NCBI GenBank assembly: GCA_965235115.1
Contig: OZ249450.1
Coordinates: 4,464,001 to 4,528,000, forward strand
Length of the DNA: 64,000 nt
Source: Laetmonice hystrix
Taxonomy: Eukaryota
Reading direction: 5' to 3'
The position numbers and the translations under genes were made by a program. Below the pieces are notes generated by a model, which searched no databases, had not been told where the DNA came from, and saw nothing but the letters and a program-made list of their open reading frames with translations. Positions 47,504-60,417 of the stretch are shown here, piece after piece. Position 1 is the stretch's first letter. Each line of letters opens with the position of its first letter.

Positions 47504-50292
47504 CTGTAGGCGAACAGAAGTTGGAGTTTGGTCTCACAGACTCGATAGGATGGAGGTGGGGGTAGTCTCCACGTGTTCATCATGTAAACCAGTGACTCAA
47601 CCAGTTAGTTTTTACGGCATCAAAAGGGGAGGCGTATAGGTCTGATTCAACCGTCATGTAAACAATAAATGTGAGGTAGACATGGATGTTGTCCTGTAGA
47701 ACACTGAGACTTTTTAACTGTTCAGACTATTTATACCTCACTTGACATCACATAGACAGGAATCAAACTGAATTAATGATGTTATGGCACTTCCAGTATG
47801 AGCTATAGAACCCTTATAACACAGTTGGATATCCCGGGATTTAATGTCAAATGATCTGTCTGTCCGTTTGCCTTGTGTGGATTAATTCTATGCACATATA
47901 TCGAATCCATAATGAATTCGCATGTATTTGTTATAAAAGTCTGTGTTAGAACGCCAATGGCCGCCATATATCTGAAAGTATACATGTGCACACATTTATT
48001 CTTTACAATGTTACACATGAAGCCATGAAGGAATCACTGAGGTTCCGTCACGTTCACATGGTATGACGTATGGAACCTACGTTGTTTGCTTACAATGACA
48101 ACTATAGCAGCCTGAGGTCGGCTTAAACTGTGAGCCTCTGTTGTCACATCCCACAAAGTTCTTTGTGGTTGCAACTGAAGTATGTCTGAGACCGACTCAA
48201 GGACGACATCGGTGAGTCGATGCCTTCTTTGAAAAGTCTTAATAAGTGAAAGATGAGTGTCATGGTTTATTTTCTGTGTGTCTACCGCCCGCCACCCATG
48301 GACGTAAAGAGCGAGTGGCTCTGTCCCATGTTGCGAGTTTAATCAAATGATCGCCGTCCCCCTCAAACAGCGAGTCGCTCAGTACGGACGGACCAGTCAA
48401 CCCGTATCAACCACCATGATCGCACCATCTCCAGGATACTTACCAGCCGGGGGGTTCTTCAGGACAGGTAGGGGTCAGTCAGGAGTTCTTCTATAGTAGT
48501 CGGGGGTGAAATGGGGATGGTTGGAGGAGGGGGTTATAAAAACTGGGGACGGGTAGGGTTGGGGTATGTAGTTAGTAGAATCAATACATGGATTGACATT
48601 GATTGATTGCAAGTATAGAAGTTGTTTGATATTACAGAAACATTTTCCCGCCAAGATTTCATATGAAAGATGTCACAATGAGAGTCCATTGCATGGATAT
48701 TGTGGCCAGTAATTTGATGATGTCTCTATCCGAGGGAGAAAGAAAGAACCCCTTCTATACGATAGCAGAATACCAGACATACTGAAACGATGTCCTGAAG
48801 AAACCAAAGAACTTAAAATCAGCTGAGACGTGTGGCTTTGGGTGACGGACAAGTGGTGGCAGCCTAGGATTTCATGCTTGGATACTTTGACACTGATGTC
48901 TCTGTTAAAGACTGGCAGCAATTTCACGTTCGCATTATTTTTAATCCATGATTGATAATGATTTCTTTTCAAGATTTATTTGCGTGGGGGCGTGGAGGGC
49001 ATATATAAAGTGAGCGATCTCCTTGTTTGTCGGCCTGTACGGAAGGTTAGGGCACCTGCAGATAGAGTAAAGTAGTCGTATAGGGCAGGAGAGTACGATT
49101 AGACTGCTAAATATTGGCCGGAATATGAAACGAGTGCGTTTATCTTGGATCATTATGGCAGTTGAGTAAAGTACGATCGTTTCAGCCAGAAATATTGACA
49201 TTTAGCACTGAGCATTAACGGTGCCTTATTATAGCATAACGGTACCTTATTATAGCATAATATAACGACCCAATACCGATAGACTTGGCAGAGTGTCAGT
49301 CAGATCAAACGCTTCGTTACGACGCCTCCGACATATGAGGCACCTCGTCTAGGGTGATTTACTGGGAGGTCAGGGCTTCAGTAGACCGACGCGTGCCACC
49401 TACCTGCGTACGGCCCAATTTTGTTCACTGAGGGGTCATCAGAGGGGCTCCTCCACCCCCAGTATTGTTCACTGAGGGGTCAGTAGAGGGGCCGCGTCCC
49501 CGGATTCGCTGAGTCACAGTCGGGGCAGTATTCGTAGGTCAATTAATTAATCTATTGTCATCGGCCGACATAAGATGTTCGCTTAAACGGTCTGGTAATT
49601 ACCGGCCAGCCAATGAAAGCCGTCGATACAATATAGAACATGGATTCCTCCCAAAACGTCCTGAGCAGACGACAATAAACGCCTTCGTCCATTAACGTGG
49701 ACGCTGCGGCCCCGCGTGGGGCGGGGCTATGTGCCCCGCGGCATGGGGCGTTAATATTCTCAAAGTACCCCCCACCTAAGGGCAAAGGGTCAAAGACAAT
49801 CTGTCAGGATTTCCATGGGAACTACGACTTTATTAGGCAGGTGTGTCGCGAGTATTTGAAGTGGTTGATTTCGAGGACAGCGCTCTGCCACATAAACCTT
49901 ATTAAGTGCTTCTCAATTACGGCAGTGATGAAACGCTGGACACGTTTCTATCAAACGTCCTTCGACACCTTTTTCTGTAAAGTAAATCGGGAGGAAAACT
50001 ATCGTTACGATGACAAAACGAATCCTTTTCAGATCCCGCAGGTATTCTACATGCAAGTTTTTATGTTCAGCCGAGGGCGTATCCAGCTATCCAGGACTAT
50101 CTTTTCACTTGTGTAATTACCGTATATGTCCCTGCTGTTCATAAACTTTTGAAACGATCGCGTAGTGTCAACCTAAGGACACGTTTTATTTGCTGGAATT
50201 CCTTGTCCCTTTTCTACAAAATAAATGCAGTTTTCAGGACTTGTTGAATGAGGGCCCATTTCATTTAACCTGGGCATGTTGATTGCTACAAA

Positions 50293-51271
50293 CAATACTG
50301 AGTCTCTGAATGTGATACAAACATACATGAGGACAGCACTGATTCTCCATGGTTACCGTAGGCTGGCTAGTGAAGGTGATCATATTTTGGTAATAATACT
50401 GGGTCTGAATGTGACACAAACATACATGAGGACAGCCCTGATTCTCCATGGTTACCGTAGGCTGGCTAGTGAACGTGATCATATTTTGGTAATAATACTG
50501 GGTCTGAATGTGACACAAACATACATGACGACAGCCCTGATTCTCCATGGTTACCGTAGGCTGGCCAGTGAACGTGATCATATTTTGGTAATAATACTGG
50601 GTCTGAATGTGACACAAACATACATGAGGACAGCCCTGATTCTCCATGGTTACCGTAGGCTGGCTAGTGAACGTGATCATATTTTGGTAATAATACTGGG
50701 TCTGAATGTGACACAAACATACATAACGACAGCCCTGATTCTCCATGGTTACCGTACAGTGAACGTGATCATATTTTGGTAATAATACTGGGTCTGAATG
50801 TGACACAAACATACATGAGGACAGCCCTGATTCTCCATGGTTACCGTAGGCTGGCCAGTGAACGTGATCATATTTTGGTAATAATACTGGGTCTGAATGT
50901 GACACAAACATACATGAGGACAGCCCTGATTCTCCATGGTTACCGTAGGCTGGCTGGTGAACGTGGTTATATTTTGGTAATAATACTGGGTCTGAATGTG
51001 ACACAAACATACATGAGGACAGCCCTGATTCTCCATGGTTACCGTACAGTGAACGTGATCATATTTTGGTAATAATACTGGGTCTGAATGTGACACAAAC
51101 ATACATGAGGACAGCCCTGATTCTCCATGGTTACCGTAGGCTGGCCAGTGAACGTGGTCATATTTTGGTAATACTACTGGGTCTGAATGTGACACAAACA
51201 TACATGAGGACAGCCCTGATTCTCCATGGTTACCGTAGGCTGGCTTGTAACCGTGATCATATTTTGGTAAT
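50293..51271. repeat. Minisatellite, 99-bp unit with 92-bp variant, x~10
   Basis: GGGTCTGAAT recurs at 50401, 50500, 50599, 50698, 50790, 50889, 50988, 51080 and 51179. Confidence 0.97.
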
Positions 51272-52554
51272 GTTGGGGCAAGTAGTGCGGCCATCATTGT
51301 TCTGGACCCTGCCGCTAGGGGCGCACAGCCATGCCCAGTCAGCAGTAGTAACCAGATTTACTGCGGGACATAATGAAAGGTAGGGGGCCTCGTGACGTCA
51401 TGATTTATGTTCACCAACAACTGAACCCAATCAAAAGGACAACTGGTGATCTGGGATCATGTGATCACGTGACCCAGCTTTGAACTGTGGTCAGTTCAGT
51501 CAGGCTCGGGCTTGCATTCCCACACGCCTCCTAACGTCTATTTTATACATTATATAGGAGCGATGATAACATCGTCTTAAAGGTTCACCCTGAAGGCCGT
51601 TAGTAATAACGTTATAACGGGTAGGTAGGGACGCGTGCGGCGACGTTTGCATTCAATTGCCATTTACTGTCCCACATATTGGATTAGGCTCACGCCATGA
51701 AGCAATTATGGCAAGCCCTGTATGCAGGTTATCAAGGCTTAACATGGACGCCCCTATGTGGGCGGTCACACTTTCAGCTGTGTAATTTACCATGTGCCCA
51801 GCAAAATCCTCGTGGGTCTTTATTTATTGGAGAACTGTTGCCGAAACTTATGAACAGGCAATGAAATGAAAGCAGTGTTCCCTTATGAGCGAACAGATTT
51901 ATTTCTGAGATTAACTTTCATGGAGCACAAAATTGTTGCATTCAAGTTGCATACTATTTGTGATGAATACAAATGAATATCCCTTTACTTCGTTTACTCG
52001 CCCTGTTGTTTCCCATGCACTTTAAACTAAACAAAGTGGCATGGATAATGAAAACGTAGTACGAGGACCAGAATGATTCAATGGGCCAAAAGTTTTAGTA
52101 AAATTGTAGTAGCAAAGTATTCCTGCCAAAGCGTCGAATTTTGTGTACACGATTCATGGGACATTCCGAATAGCGTTCCCATCCATTCGAGAGGAATTTT
52201 ACTTTTTTACTCAGAAAAATATCTTCTTTTTTTTGTATTCTAAGGAAAAAATGGGGTACAAGCCAATGATTCTTATTACATGTGATTCTTGTGGCACCGA
52301 TGAAAATTGCCATGACGTTTTAATCGCCGTATTGTGCGAACACCCAACGTAAGGGTTTGCCTGTAGAATCCCTTCCCTCATCACCCGACAGATGGCAGCG
52401 GTAGGAACGCCACCTCAGCGTCCCTTCCGTCGATATCAGCCCCGACAGCGTCTGGGGACCCGGGTAACGCTGGTACCCTAGGATCGTCATAAACCTGTCT
52501 GTCCACGGGACCTGCCTATCCACAACCCGGACACAAACTGACACCGACCCTTAC

Positions 52555-52674
52555 CGATCCGTGGACGGAAGGCGTCAGACCGTCAGAGGAATATCCCGCA
52601 CTGACGAAAACCTGTCCTCGGAGTGGTCGAAATCTAGGAGGAATCAGTAAATCTTCATTGTCGTCATGTGACGG
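52555..52674 (-). CDS. Candidate internal exon (120 nt, phase 0/0)
   Basis: cacactccgcccacag|...GGATCG|gtaagg. The single open frame is PSHDDNEDLLIPPRFRPLRGQVFVSAGYSSDGLTPSVHGS. Confidence 0.35.
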
Positions 52675-54601
52675 CTGTGGGCGGAGTGTGGGTGTACGGG
52701 GGAGGGTAAGAGGGGCGGACAGGGAAAATATAGTAGATAAACGGTGTTTGTCTGTAGAAGGTGCACCATTGGCTACTTTACCGAAGAGCCATTGCAACGT
52801 ATGGCAAAAAGCGCTGGGCTTCGTTTCCCGGTGTGCGGGTTTCTTTACAGATCATATCAAAATACCATTCACATGTTTGGTTCGGATCAGACAGAATAAT
52901 TTATTCCCGCCATGCTCTTTATGGGTCGAAATTACTATTAGATTATTTTCGCAAAGTGATAACTCAAATGTGACTCGCGTAGGAAAAACCAAAATCGAGA
53001 GAAATACGAAACGTACGACGGGAAGGTTTTGGAGTTCCTCGCTTATCTGTTTACTTTAAGTTAGCGTTCGGTTCGTTATTCTTTCTCTCGAGTTATTTCC
53101 CTTCAATCTGCTCGCGTTAACATGGTAAAAACACCACGTTTTTACTTCATTAGTGAATGTACCTTTAGCTTATCAGTTATGTAGAAGTGAAGGAGACTTC
53201 TGGATGGATTCCACGAGGTGGGGTAATATATAATATCATTAAAAAGTAGGCATGTAGGCATGTTCAGTATGAATGTCCAACAACCTACGGGAGGTAGAGA
53301 TTTGTCAGCGATCCGCGGCGTAAGGCAACGTTCCGTGTAAAAGTTTATGATAAACTTACACCAAGATGACAGGCGAAACTTCAAAGAGAAGTGTGAAAAA
53401 CATGGCTGAAGTTACGATTGGGTCATCATCGAAATATTGATATTTGTGCGATTATCTCAATGTATATGCTCAGCGATACTATACCCCTAGATGAGGCTAG
53501 AGTTAGAGTTTACAATGTGAAGAGTGAGACGAGATTTATTCTAGTAGCAGACGATTCTATCTGGGACCACCTATGGTTTGAAAGTATTTCAGCGCCTCCA
53601 GGGGCGACATGATTACGACAAAGGTCGTCATGAAAAAGAGGCAGGTGAAACCGGAATCTCCCACTGCGCAGGCGCCCGTGTGGTATGAACGCGACGTCCT
53701 GGCGCTGCGCTGGATTTCTTCTTACGCAACTGTGTGTTAGGGTTGGAAAAACCCCTTAGATATTCTACCACAGGGGTCAGTTCATTATATAGGCTTCAAA
53801 AAGAAGTCCAGTCCCAAGAGAGGAATCTAATTATTTGCAATTTCCAAAATTATCTTAAGCGTACATTACAGAGAGATGGAGATGAAATTTGATAAACTCG
53901 CCGTAATGGCGTGTCTGACCGATTAGTCCAATGAGAAGGGGTGACACTTCACATAGATTGGGTCAAAGGTCGCTAAGGGCTGATGGAGGTTGAGGTTTCT
54001 TAAATTACTTCAAGACCAGGGTGATATAGTAGCCTTTGTGTTAGGACCAGAGAATAGCCTGGAGGTCGTGTGACACTGGGGCAGGAGGAGGAGCAGGAGG
54101 AGGGGAGAGATGTGTTGGCAATGGGTGTTTAACATGGTTAAAGTGTTTGCAGACATTATGTGGCAGGTGGCGTGGGCTTCTTCCATAATTCATATCTTCT
54201 AACGGCCACGGCTTCTTCATTAAAAGGAACCGCCAAATCATCGACGAAATCTACTCCGCTTAGAAAATAAGGGGTAATTCCACACTTTTATCACATGAAG
54301 AATTCCCTCCTGAGCCGTGGATTTGTTCTGATATAAATGTATTGTGACAGATTATTAATATAAAAAACTTACCTCAAGTGGTCTCGAAAGATGGCAGTCA
54401 TGTGTGGCAGGCACGTGATACATATTTTCTCGAGAATTGATGACAGGATAATGTTGGTTTCCCGTTACCGACGTTTTTCTATACCAGACTGTTCAACCAT
54501 CTACTCGAATGTCCACACACACATACCATATACACACAAACTAACACACACCCAGACACACACACTCAACATTTAGGTGCGTGCATCCACGTCCTTGGTG
54601 A

Positions 54602-54703
54602 GAAATTCGGATAGGGACTATCTCAAAATGGGCTAAATAAGACGACATGTTTGAAATTCGGATAGGGACTATCTCAAAATGGGCTAAAGAAAACGACATG
54701 TTT
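54602..54703. repeat. Tandem duplication, 51 bp x2
   Basis: GAAATTCGGATAGGGACTATCTCAAAATGGGCTAAA at 54602 and 54653. Confidence 0.9.
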
Positions 54704-54880
54704 ATGCGAACTGGGAACGAGTTCCATTTATATCATCTCCGAATCGTCTAGTATATTTTTGACATTAATGCTGCTGACTATAAGTCATTCCTGTATTCTG
54801 TCTATTATTTCTTTGTTTTGAGACTTGAAGTTTGAGAAGACGTCAGAGTTTGCCATGTGGGTTTAGAGAGGGAGTTGCTA

Positions 54881-54972
54881 GGAGGAGGAGGAGGGGGAGG
54901 AGGAGGAGGGGGAGGAGGAGGAGGATGTGGAGGAGGTCGGGGAGGAGAAGAAGGAGAAGGAGGAGGAAGAGG
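54881..54972. repeat. (GGA)n-rich polypurine simple repeat
   Basis: Read directly from the sequence; imperfect. Confidence 0.9.
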
Positions 54973-55204
54973 TCAGGACAGCAGGGAGAGTACATGGCTG
55001 TGTCTACACGGTTTTCTACCGACCACCACACCACTCCATTGAACCAACGAGTGATTGAACTAAACGATGTTGTGGTCACCCGCAGACGTACGACCTCCTG
55101 GCGGGCGGATGTGTGACCGACTGTGTGCGTCAAGGGACGGCCGACCGCACTGTCCATGTTTGACCGACACGGCCAATCAACGATATTACTCCCCCATCGT
55201 AACG

Positions 55205-55335
55205 TTCCCATCAATAGGGGGTAGGGGGCAGGGGTAGGGTTAGGGGCAGGGTAGGGTTAGGGGCAGGGGCAGGGTAGGGGTCAGTATTTGGGGGAGATAC
55301 AGAGACCGGGAGTAGGGGTTAGGACCAGGTTTAAG
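55205..55335. repeat. GGGTTAG-rich dispersed element copy (unclassified)
   Basis: Tandem gggtagggttaggggca, then 55304-55322 GACCGGGAGTAGGGGTTAG, which is the exact reverse complement of 25832-25850. Confidence 0.5.
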
Positions 55336-57392
55336 GCCAGGAATATTTCATGGAAATATTACCATTGGAGAGCTGGTAGTCTTGGAGCTCCAGTCAGTGT
55401 TCAGGGAAGGAGGAGGAGGGGGGGGGGGGTCCTTGGGGGGTTGATAAACACATAGGCTGCATTCGCTAAGGCTTGGTTTCTGGTGTTTCTCTCTAAGTTG
55501 AGGTGATTGTCACCTTAATTCATTTCATCGGAGTTTTAATGAAACGCAAATTGATGTTTATTAAGACGAGTATAATTTATTGTCTCAAGAAAGGACGTAA
55601 AAATCTTCATGATTGAAGTAGAGATAGTGCAACAGTAGAAGGAGACTTCAAAAATCTGTTTTCAGTCAGAAAGCACTACATTGATACCAGACAATTATAC
55701 ATTACTGTGTAACGTACCCAAGGGACGTAGACCCTCCTGGTCCGTTTTACTTGTCTTGAAGATTTACGGCCAGGGATTGCCAAACGTCACCATTAGCAAC
55801 CTCGGACGCTGGTCAGCACTGAGATTCTGCGACCTTTCAGTGTTATAGATAATGTGAGAAATTATAATAATTAAAAGACCAAGTGTTGGTAGAACCAGTA
55901 CATTATATAAGTGCTGACACACGAACAATGCCTGATCGGGACCAGGCCGTTATAGTGGTCAGACCGAAGTACGCCGGTGATCGATGAGGCCTCTATGACC
56001 TTCAGTGACCCCGTATCCATCAAGGATTCCTCCTGGGGGAAGGATGGATGGTTATCCATCGCTGACAGCAAAGGGATTGACTATACCTACCGCCTAATTT
56101 CAGACAGACTCTCTGTATATGCTCTAAGCACCCAGAGCTTCCAGCCGATATGGCCACATTGAAAGGCAATGGGATTCCGTTGTAACTGTGGAACTGAACG
56201 AACCGAGGAGGTCCAACATGACTGCTGGCCCCACTCGATGGGGGCGGAGCGGGCTGGTATCATTACACGACCCTAGAGCAGGCCGTCTGGGTACAGATCC
56301 TGCTATATATAGACAACGTCTGGGCGCTCCCTAGAGCTCAGTAATTATCACCATTAATCACCAGGGGGGCGGGGGGGGGGTCGCCCCCTGTGATCCAAGC
56401 AGGGGGCTGCTGAACCTCACTTAGCCATATTTATCAGCCCATTTTGTCAATGAGTGGGCCAGAGTCGGCCTAGGCCGAATTCAGCCCCCCCCCTGGAAAA
56501 AGTATCTTCCGACGCTACTGCATTTCGTTTAGCATTAGCGAATACCTCGAATTGAAAAATGTTAGATTATGGTTGACATTGTATGTGAACATCGTTCTGG
56601 AAAACGTGAACCGTCATTTACGACTTTTCGATTTGGTTTATTTTTGCCTAGTGTCCTCTAATACCTGCCAGCGACATTGTAAGTGAAAGGAGGTCGGTTT
56701 TGACATTGAAACCAACAATCCTTGTTTTAGTTTTGTTATTCGGGCCGTTTGATGACCTTGACAATAAGGTGACTCTTTTAATATAAGTTGGAAGGGATAT
56801 AGGCGACGTGAAAGGACATTTGAGTGTGAAACCAGTAAAAATACAGAGAAAATGTAAGGAAAAGTAAAGAGAGCCCCGTCCTGGTATCGTTCTGGGCACA
56901 GTCTTTGAGGACAGCAGAACCCACCTCATGCAGGTTTTAGGGCGATAGACTGTGAATAACTATAAAAACTACACATACGGTGGGTTACAGACAGATAGAA
57001 CCCCGTATTACTGCCACCCTACGGCCATCGGCAACCTTATTCACGCCCGTGACATTATAGCACTTCCGGTCCAATTATTGAACTTCCGGTCCAAAAACAG
57101 CACTTCAGGTCGTAGTGAAGATACGACGTGTTCTAGGCTGACCAGTCAGGCTGGCTGGGAGATGAGCTGAGGTACTGCATTCATGTTGTGGGAAGGTTAG
57201 CAGTAATCAAGGAGGAGAGAAGAGATAGGGAGGGGTCACTATATTCTTATATGAGGCTGGTGTAAGAGGTTATGGGAGTTATCCGGAGTTATTTCTCTCC
57301 AGGTTTCTGTTCTGGGTGTTCTGGGGGCGGGGTGGGCATCCTCAGAAAACAAATCAAAGATTGAAGTCCTGGGTTTCCGGAAAAACCCATCC

Positions 57393-57717
57393 CAGGGTTC
57401 GTACGGGTTTTGGAAAGGTTTGGAAAGTGATCATTGTGTTTCCAGGACCTGGAAAGTCTTGGAAAATTAGGTTTTTCTCATGGAAATTTATCACGTTCCT
57501 GCTTAAAACCTGTTAATTTATAAAGTAGTGTTTCAGCTGTAGTTTTTGGTGTCAGCAATTATCCGTCGTCATCTCTGAATTAGCCTAAGCACGGGCAGTT
57601 AGGACACTGTTCATTTCATGGGTTTAAAGGTAGAGGGTATGGAAATTTGAATTTTGTGTTTTGGAAAGTTTGGGAAAAGTTATGGAAATTCTTCCAGCCA
57701 AAGCTGTACGAATCCTG
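57393..57717. mobile_element. 325-bp MITE, hAT-like ends
   Basis: TIRs CAGGGTTCGTAC / GTACGAATCCTG (1 mismatch) with multiple subterminal GGAAA motifs. Flanks CCATCC / CCATCT may be a degraded TSD. Confidence 0.72.
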
Positions 57718-60120
57718 CCATCTCTTGAGAAGTGGATACGGTTTAAAGAAGCATGGATGAATGAGATCTCAGATTGCATATTCTCAATACAGAAAGCCTA
57801 TCAGAACAGATCTGGTAGAATGGCCCTAGTGTCGGGATGTGGGTGATCTGTACTCCCTGACGGGTTCCAGGTTCCTCGACAGACGTATCTGGAATGTTCT
57901 CCTCATCAACGACTGACGTAACCGTCACGGAACTGACCGAGTTCGTAGTAATGAATCAAGAGTTATTTGATCACTGTTTGATAGCTGCCAGCGAGGCTCA
58001 CATTCCACACGTCGTCGGAGTCAGTTTGATTATAATGAGGACGTTTAACAGCCTCGCTATGGTTGATCCGTTCCCATGGTAACATGTCAACAAAATGGGA
58101 TGGTAAGAAATAATAATCTACCACTAGATGCTAGCCCTAAACGTAAAATTTAAACACTGATGTCACCCTCCCAGACCTCCCGGTAAACTTGTCCCTGTCC
58201 CTAGCCCTGTATGACCCTAACCCCCTACCCCAATATCGTGGGAATCTTAGCACGGGGAGAGACCCTCTACAGGCATTGTCTGCTCTTACTGTCGGGAGAC
58301 CCGGTACTGAACAGTTGACCTAGTCTCTGACCCATTGTTCACCGCCTACTGGGCTTGTACATGGGTGTTCTCATGTCTGTACCAATAGCTTTTTGTTTGC
58401 TTGTTTGTTTGTTTGTTTGGCTTTTTGCGCAATAAGTATATTTATAAGCATTTGTGCTTGTAATATGTCATACAAGGGTGCTGCTGGTGGGTTCACAAGT
58501 CCATCTTGGTACAGAACTCTGATAATGATTCCCGTTTCTGAGAGAGCAGACTGGTTGTGCTATAAAGCTCCAAGTTTAACAAGAAATGACGGCCTGTCAT
58601 CAAGATTGTATATTGATAGATTTTCTGCGTCCCGCCAGTTCAGGAGTGTTGACAGGAGCGGTCTGCAGTTAACCAGATGTATGGAAGCAACCCCGGGCAG
58701 ATACTATGGTTAGACTGCCAGGCTGGAACCATGAAGGACTGCTCACGCTCCCGGCACTGAAGGTCCAGGTTGGCCCAGAGCATGTAAAGGGTCTGACGCC
58801 ACCATGCCCCAAGGTGGAAAAACCACAATAATGTCATCAACACTTTCTACAAACACTTTCCATTCAGGCGGTCCTAAAAAGACGTCTGGCCGTGTGTCTG
58901 TAGTAATGACAAGAGTTTGCGATATTCCACTAAGAGGCCCCCGGCTGAGAATTTTGAGAAGACGTCAGCTGTGTTTCTCAGTGTCCAGCGCCGACCCCCT
59001 CCCACCCCACCCACAACCCCAGGTTTTGTGAAGGACACAACCTCCCCAAACAAAGCAGTCCCGCACTAACGTTCCCTGCCGTCTGTCATTAGTCCTTGGG
59101 GTCCCGACGTCATGGGTCTAAATACATTGTTTTGCTTTATAGTGCTGTAAAAATATCGGTAGCCAGCTTCGAGGGCAACTGAATTGCCCCCGTGGGTATT
59201 TGTCAGCCTTTTTACCTAAAAACCCACGCTGTGAAAATGGCTTATATTTCTGGTCCATTTATGTTGGCATTAAGTTTACGTTAGGGTACACCCTATCGAA
59301 TTGACATACGGTATCATGGGGCGCTGTCTTGTAACATTGAAATTTACATATAAACGGACTTGTAAATCGTAAAGGACATGTTGAAGGGCGAATGACTGAA
59401 CAGAAGATGAAAGAAACAGACCAGGACACCTGTGTATGGAGAAACAAAGTATCAGTTTTATCAGGAAAGTTCTTTGGTAAATTGAAAGATCAACGACATT
59501 AAATGTTAGAGAACTTTAGAGGGTCAGCAAGTTTTTTTTTAAGGATATTATCCACATGTTCGGCAACGAACTTTATTTTTAAAAATTAAAAAAAGGGAGA
59601 TCATATGGTTGGAAGCCGGTGCCTTTCGTTTCACAAGATTTGATATGGGCGACTTTCACACTGGTGACATACACTGCTGACAAGAATAAGTATTTAGTAT
59701 TGAAAAAAGGTCAACCCTATTAAACGTTATCGAGAAAACATATCATGCTTCGTTACGCACCAATCATTGGGAAATGAAATGGATGAAATTCTTTCGGTTC
59801 AGGCACCTGTTATTTAATCAGTCGGCCCTGAACTAGAAACTTCATGAAAAATCATTCCTTCACTTTGGTGACGCAGTCTATTGGAGCGAAGAATTTGTAC
59901 CCAGCATGTAAAAAGTATGATAAATGATAAGATATGTGTACATATGTCTTACGGTGTATTCATGACAGAGCTATTTATTTAAAGCAACAATGAGGTTGTT
60001 GCCGAACGGAAAATGTTTCCAGAAAAATATCAGTGACGTTAAAATGTGTTTTGACCTCCACCTTTTGACGTGTATGTGGAGAGGCACGTTAAAGTTCTTT
60101 TGGAATCTATCAAAAAGAGT

Positions 60121-60256
60121 AGGGGTTCGCCCCGGTGCGCGGGTTTCTTCCTATCATCTCATCATTATCACACAATAGATTTCACCGACTGAGTCAGTTA
60201 CCTTGTTCTCGCCCTGATATTGCTGAAATACTGCTGACTGGGTATTAAACACCAAC
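60121..60256 (+). mobile_element. Probable SINE body and 3' tail
   Basis: CORE-like GGGTTCGCCCCGGTGCGCGGGTTTCTTCC followed by GATATTGCTGAAATACTGCTGA...TTAAACACCAAC, resembling 3' ends of invertebrate (mollusc-type) SINEs as I recall them. A related CORE-like stretch lies near 52815-52850. Confidence 0.45.
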
Positions 60257-60324
60257 ATTTCAGCCTGGCAAATGTTATGGGCGACGCGTGTCGCACGCAC
60301 ATTGTCCGCTCGTGACACATTATG

Positions 60325-60417
60325 CCAAGGTTTTAATAAATTTATCGTGCCTCAACTCGCGCACGACACAACCAAGGTTTTAATAAATTTATCGTGCCTC
60401 AACTCGCGCCCGACACA
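60325..60417. repeat. Tandem duplication, 47 bp x2
   Basis: CCAAGGTTTTAATAAATTTATCGTGCCTCAACTCGCGC at 60325 and 60372. Confidence 0.9.

Noticed and set aside
55977-56000. VIDEASM resembling a Pif1/Helitron helicase Walker B motif
   Set aside because: There is no Walker A or other helicase motif, and the ORF is short.
24996-58085. Two GTTCCCATGGTAAC X-box (RFX)-like sites near 25000 and 58070
   Set aside because: One lies inside a candidate exon, there is no promoter context, and the motif alone is not informative.
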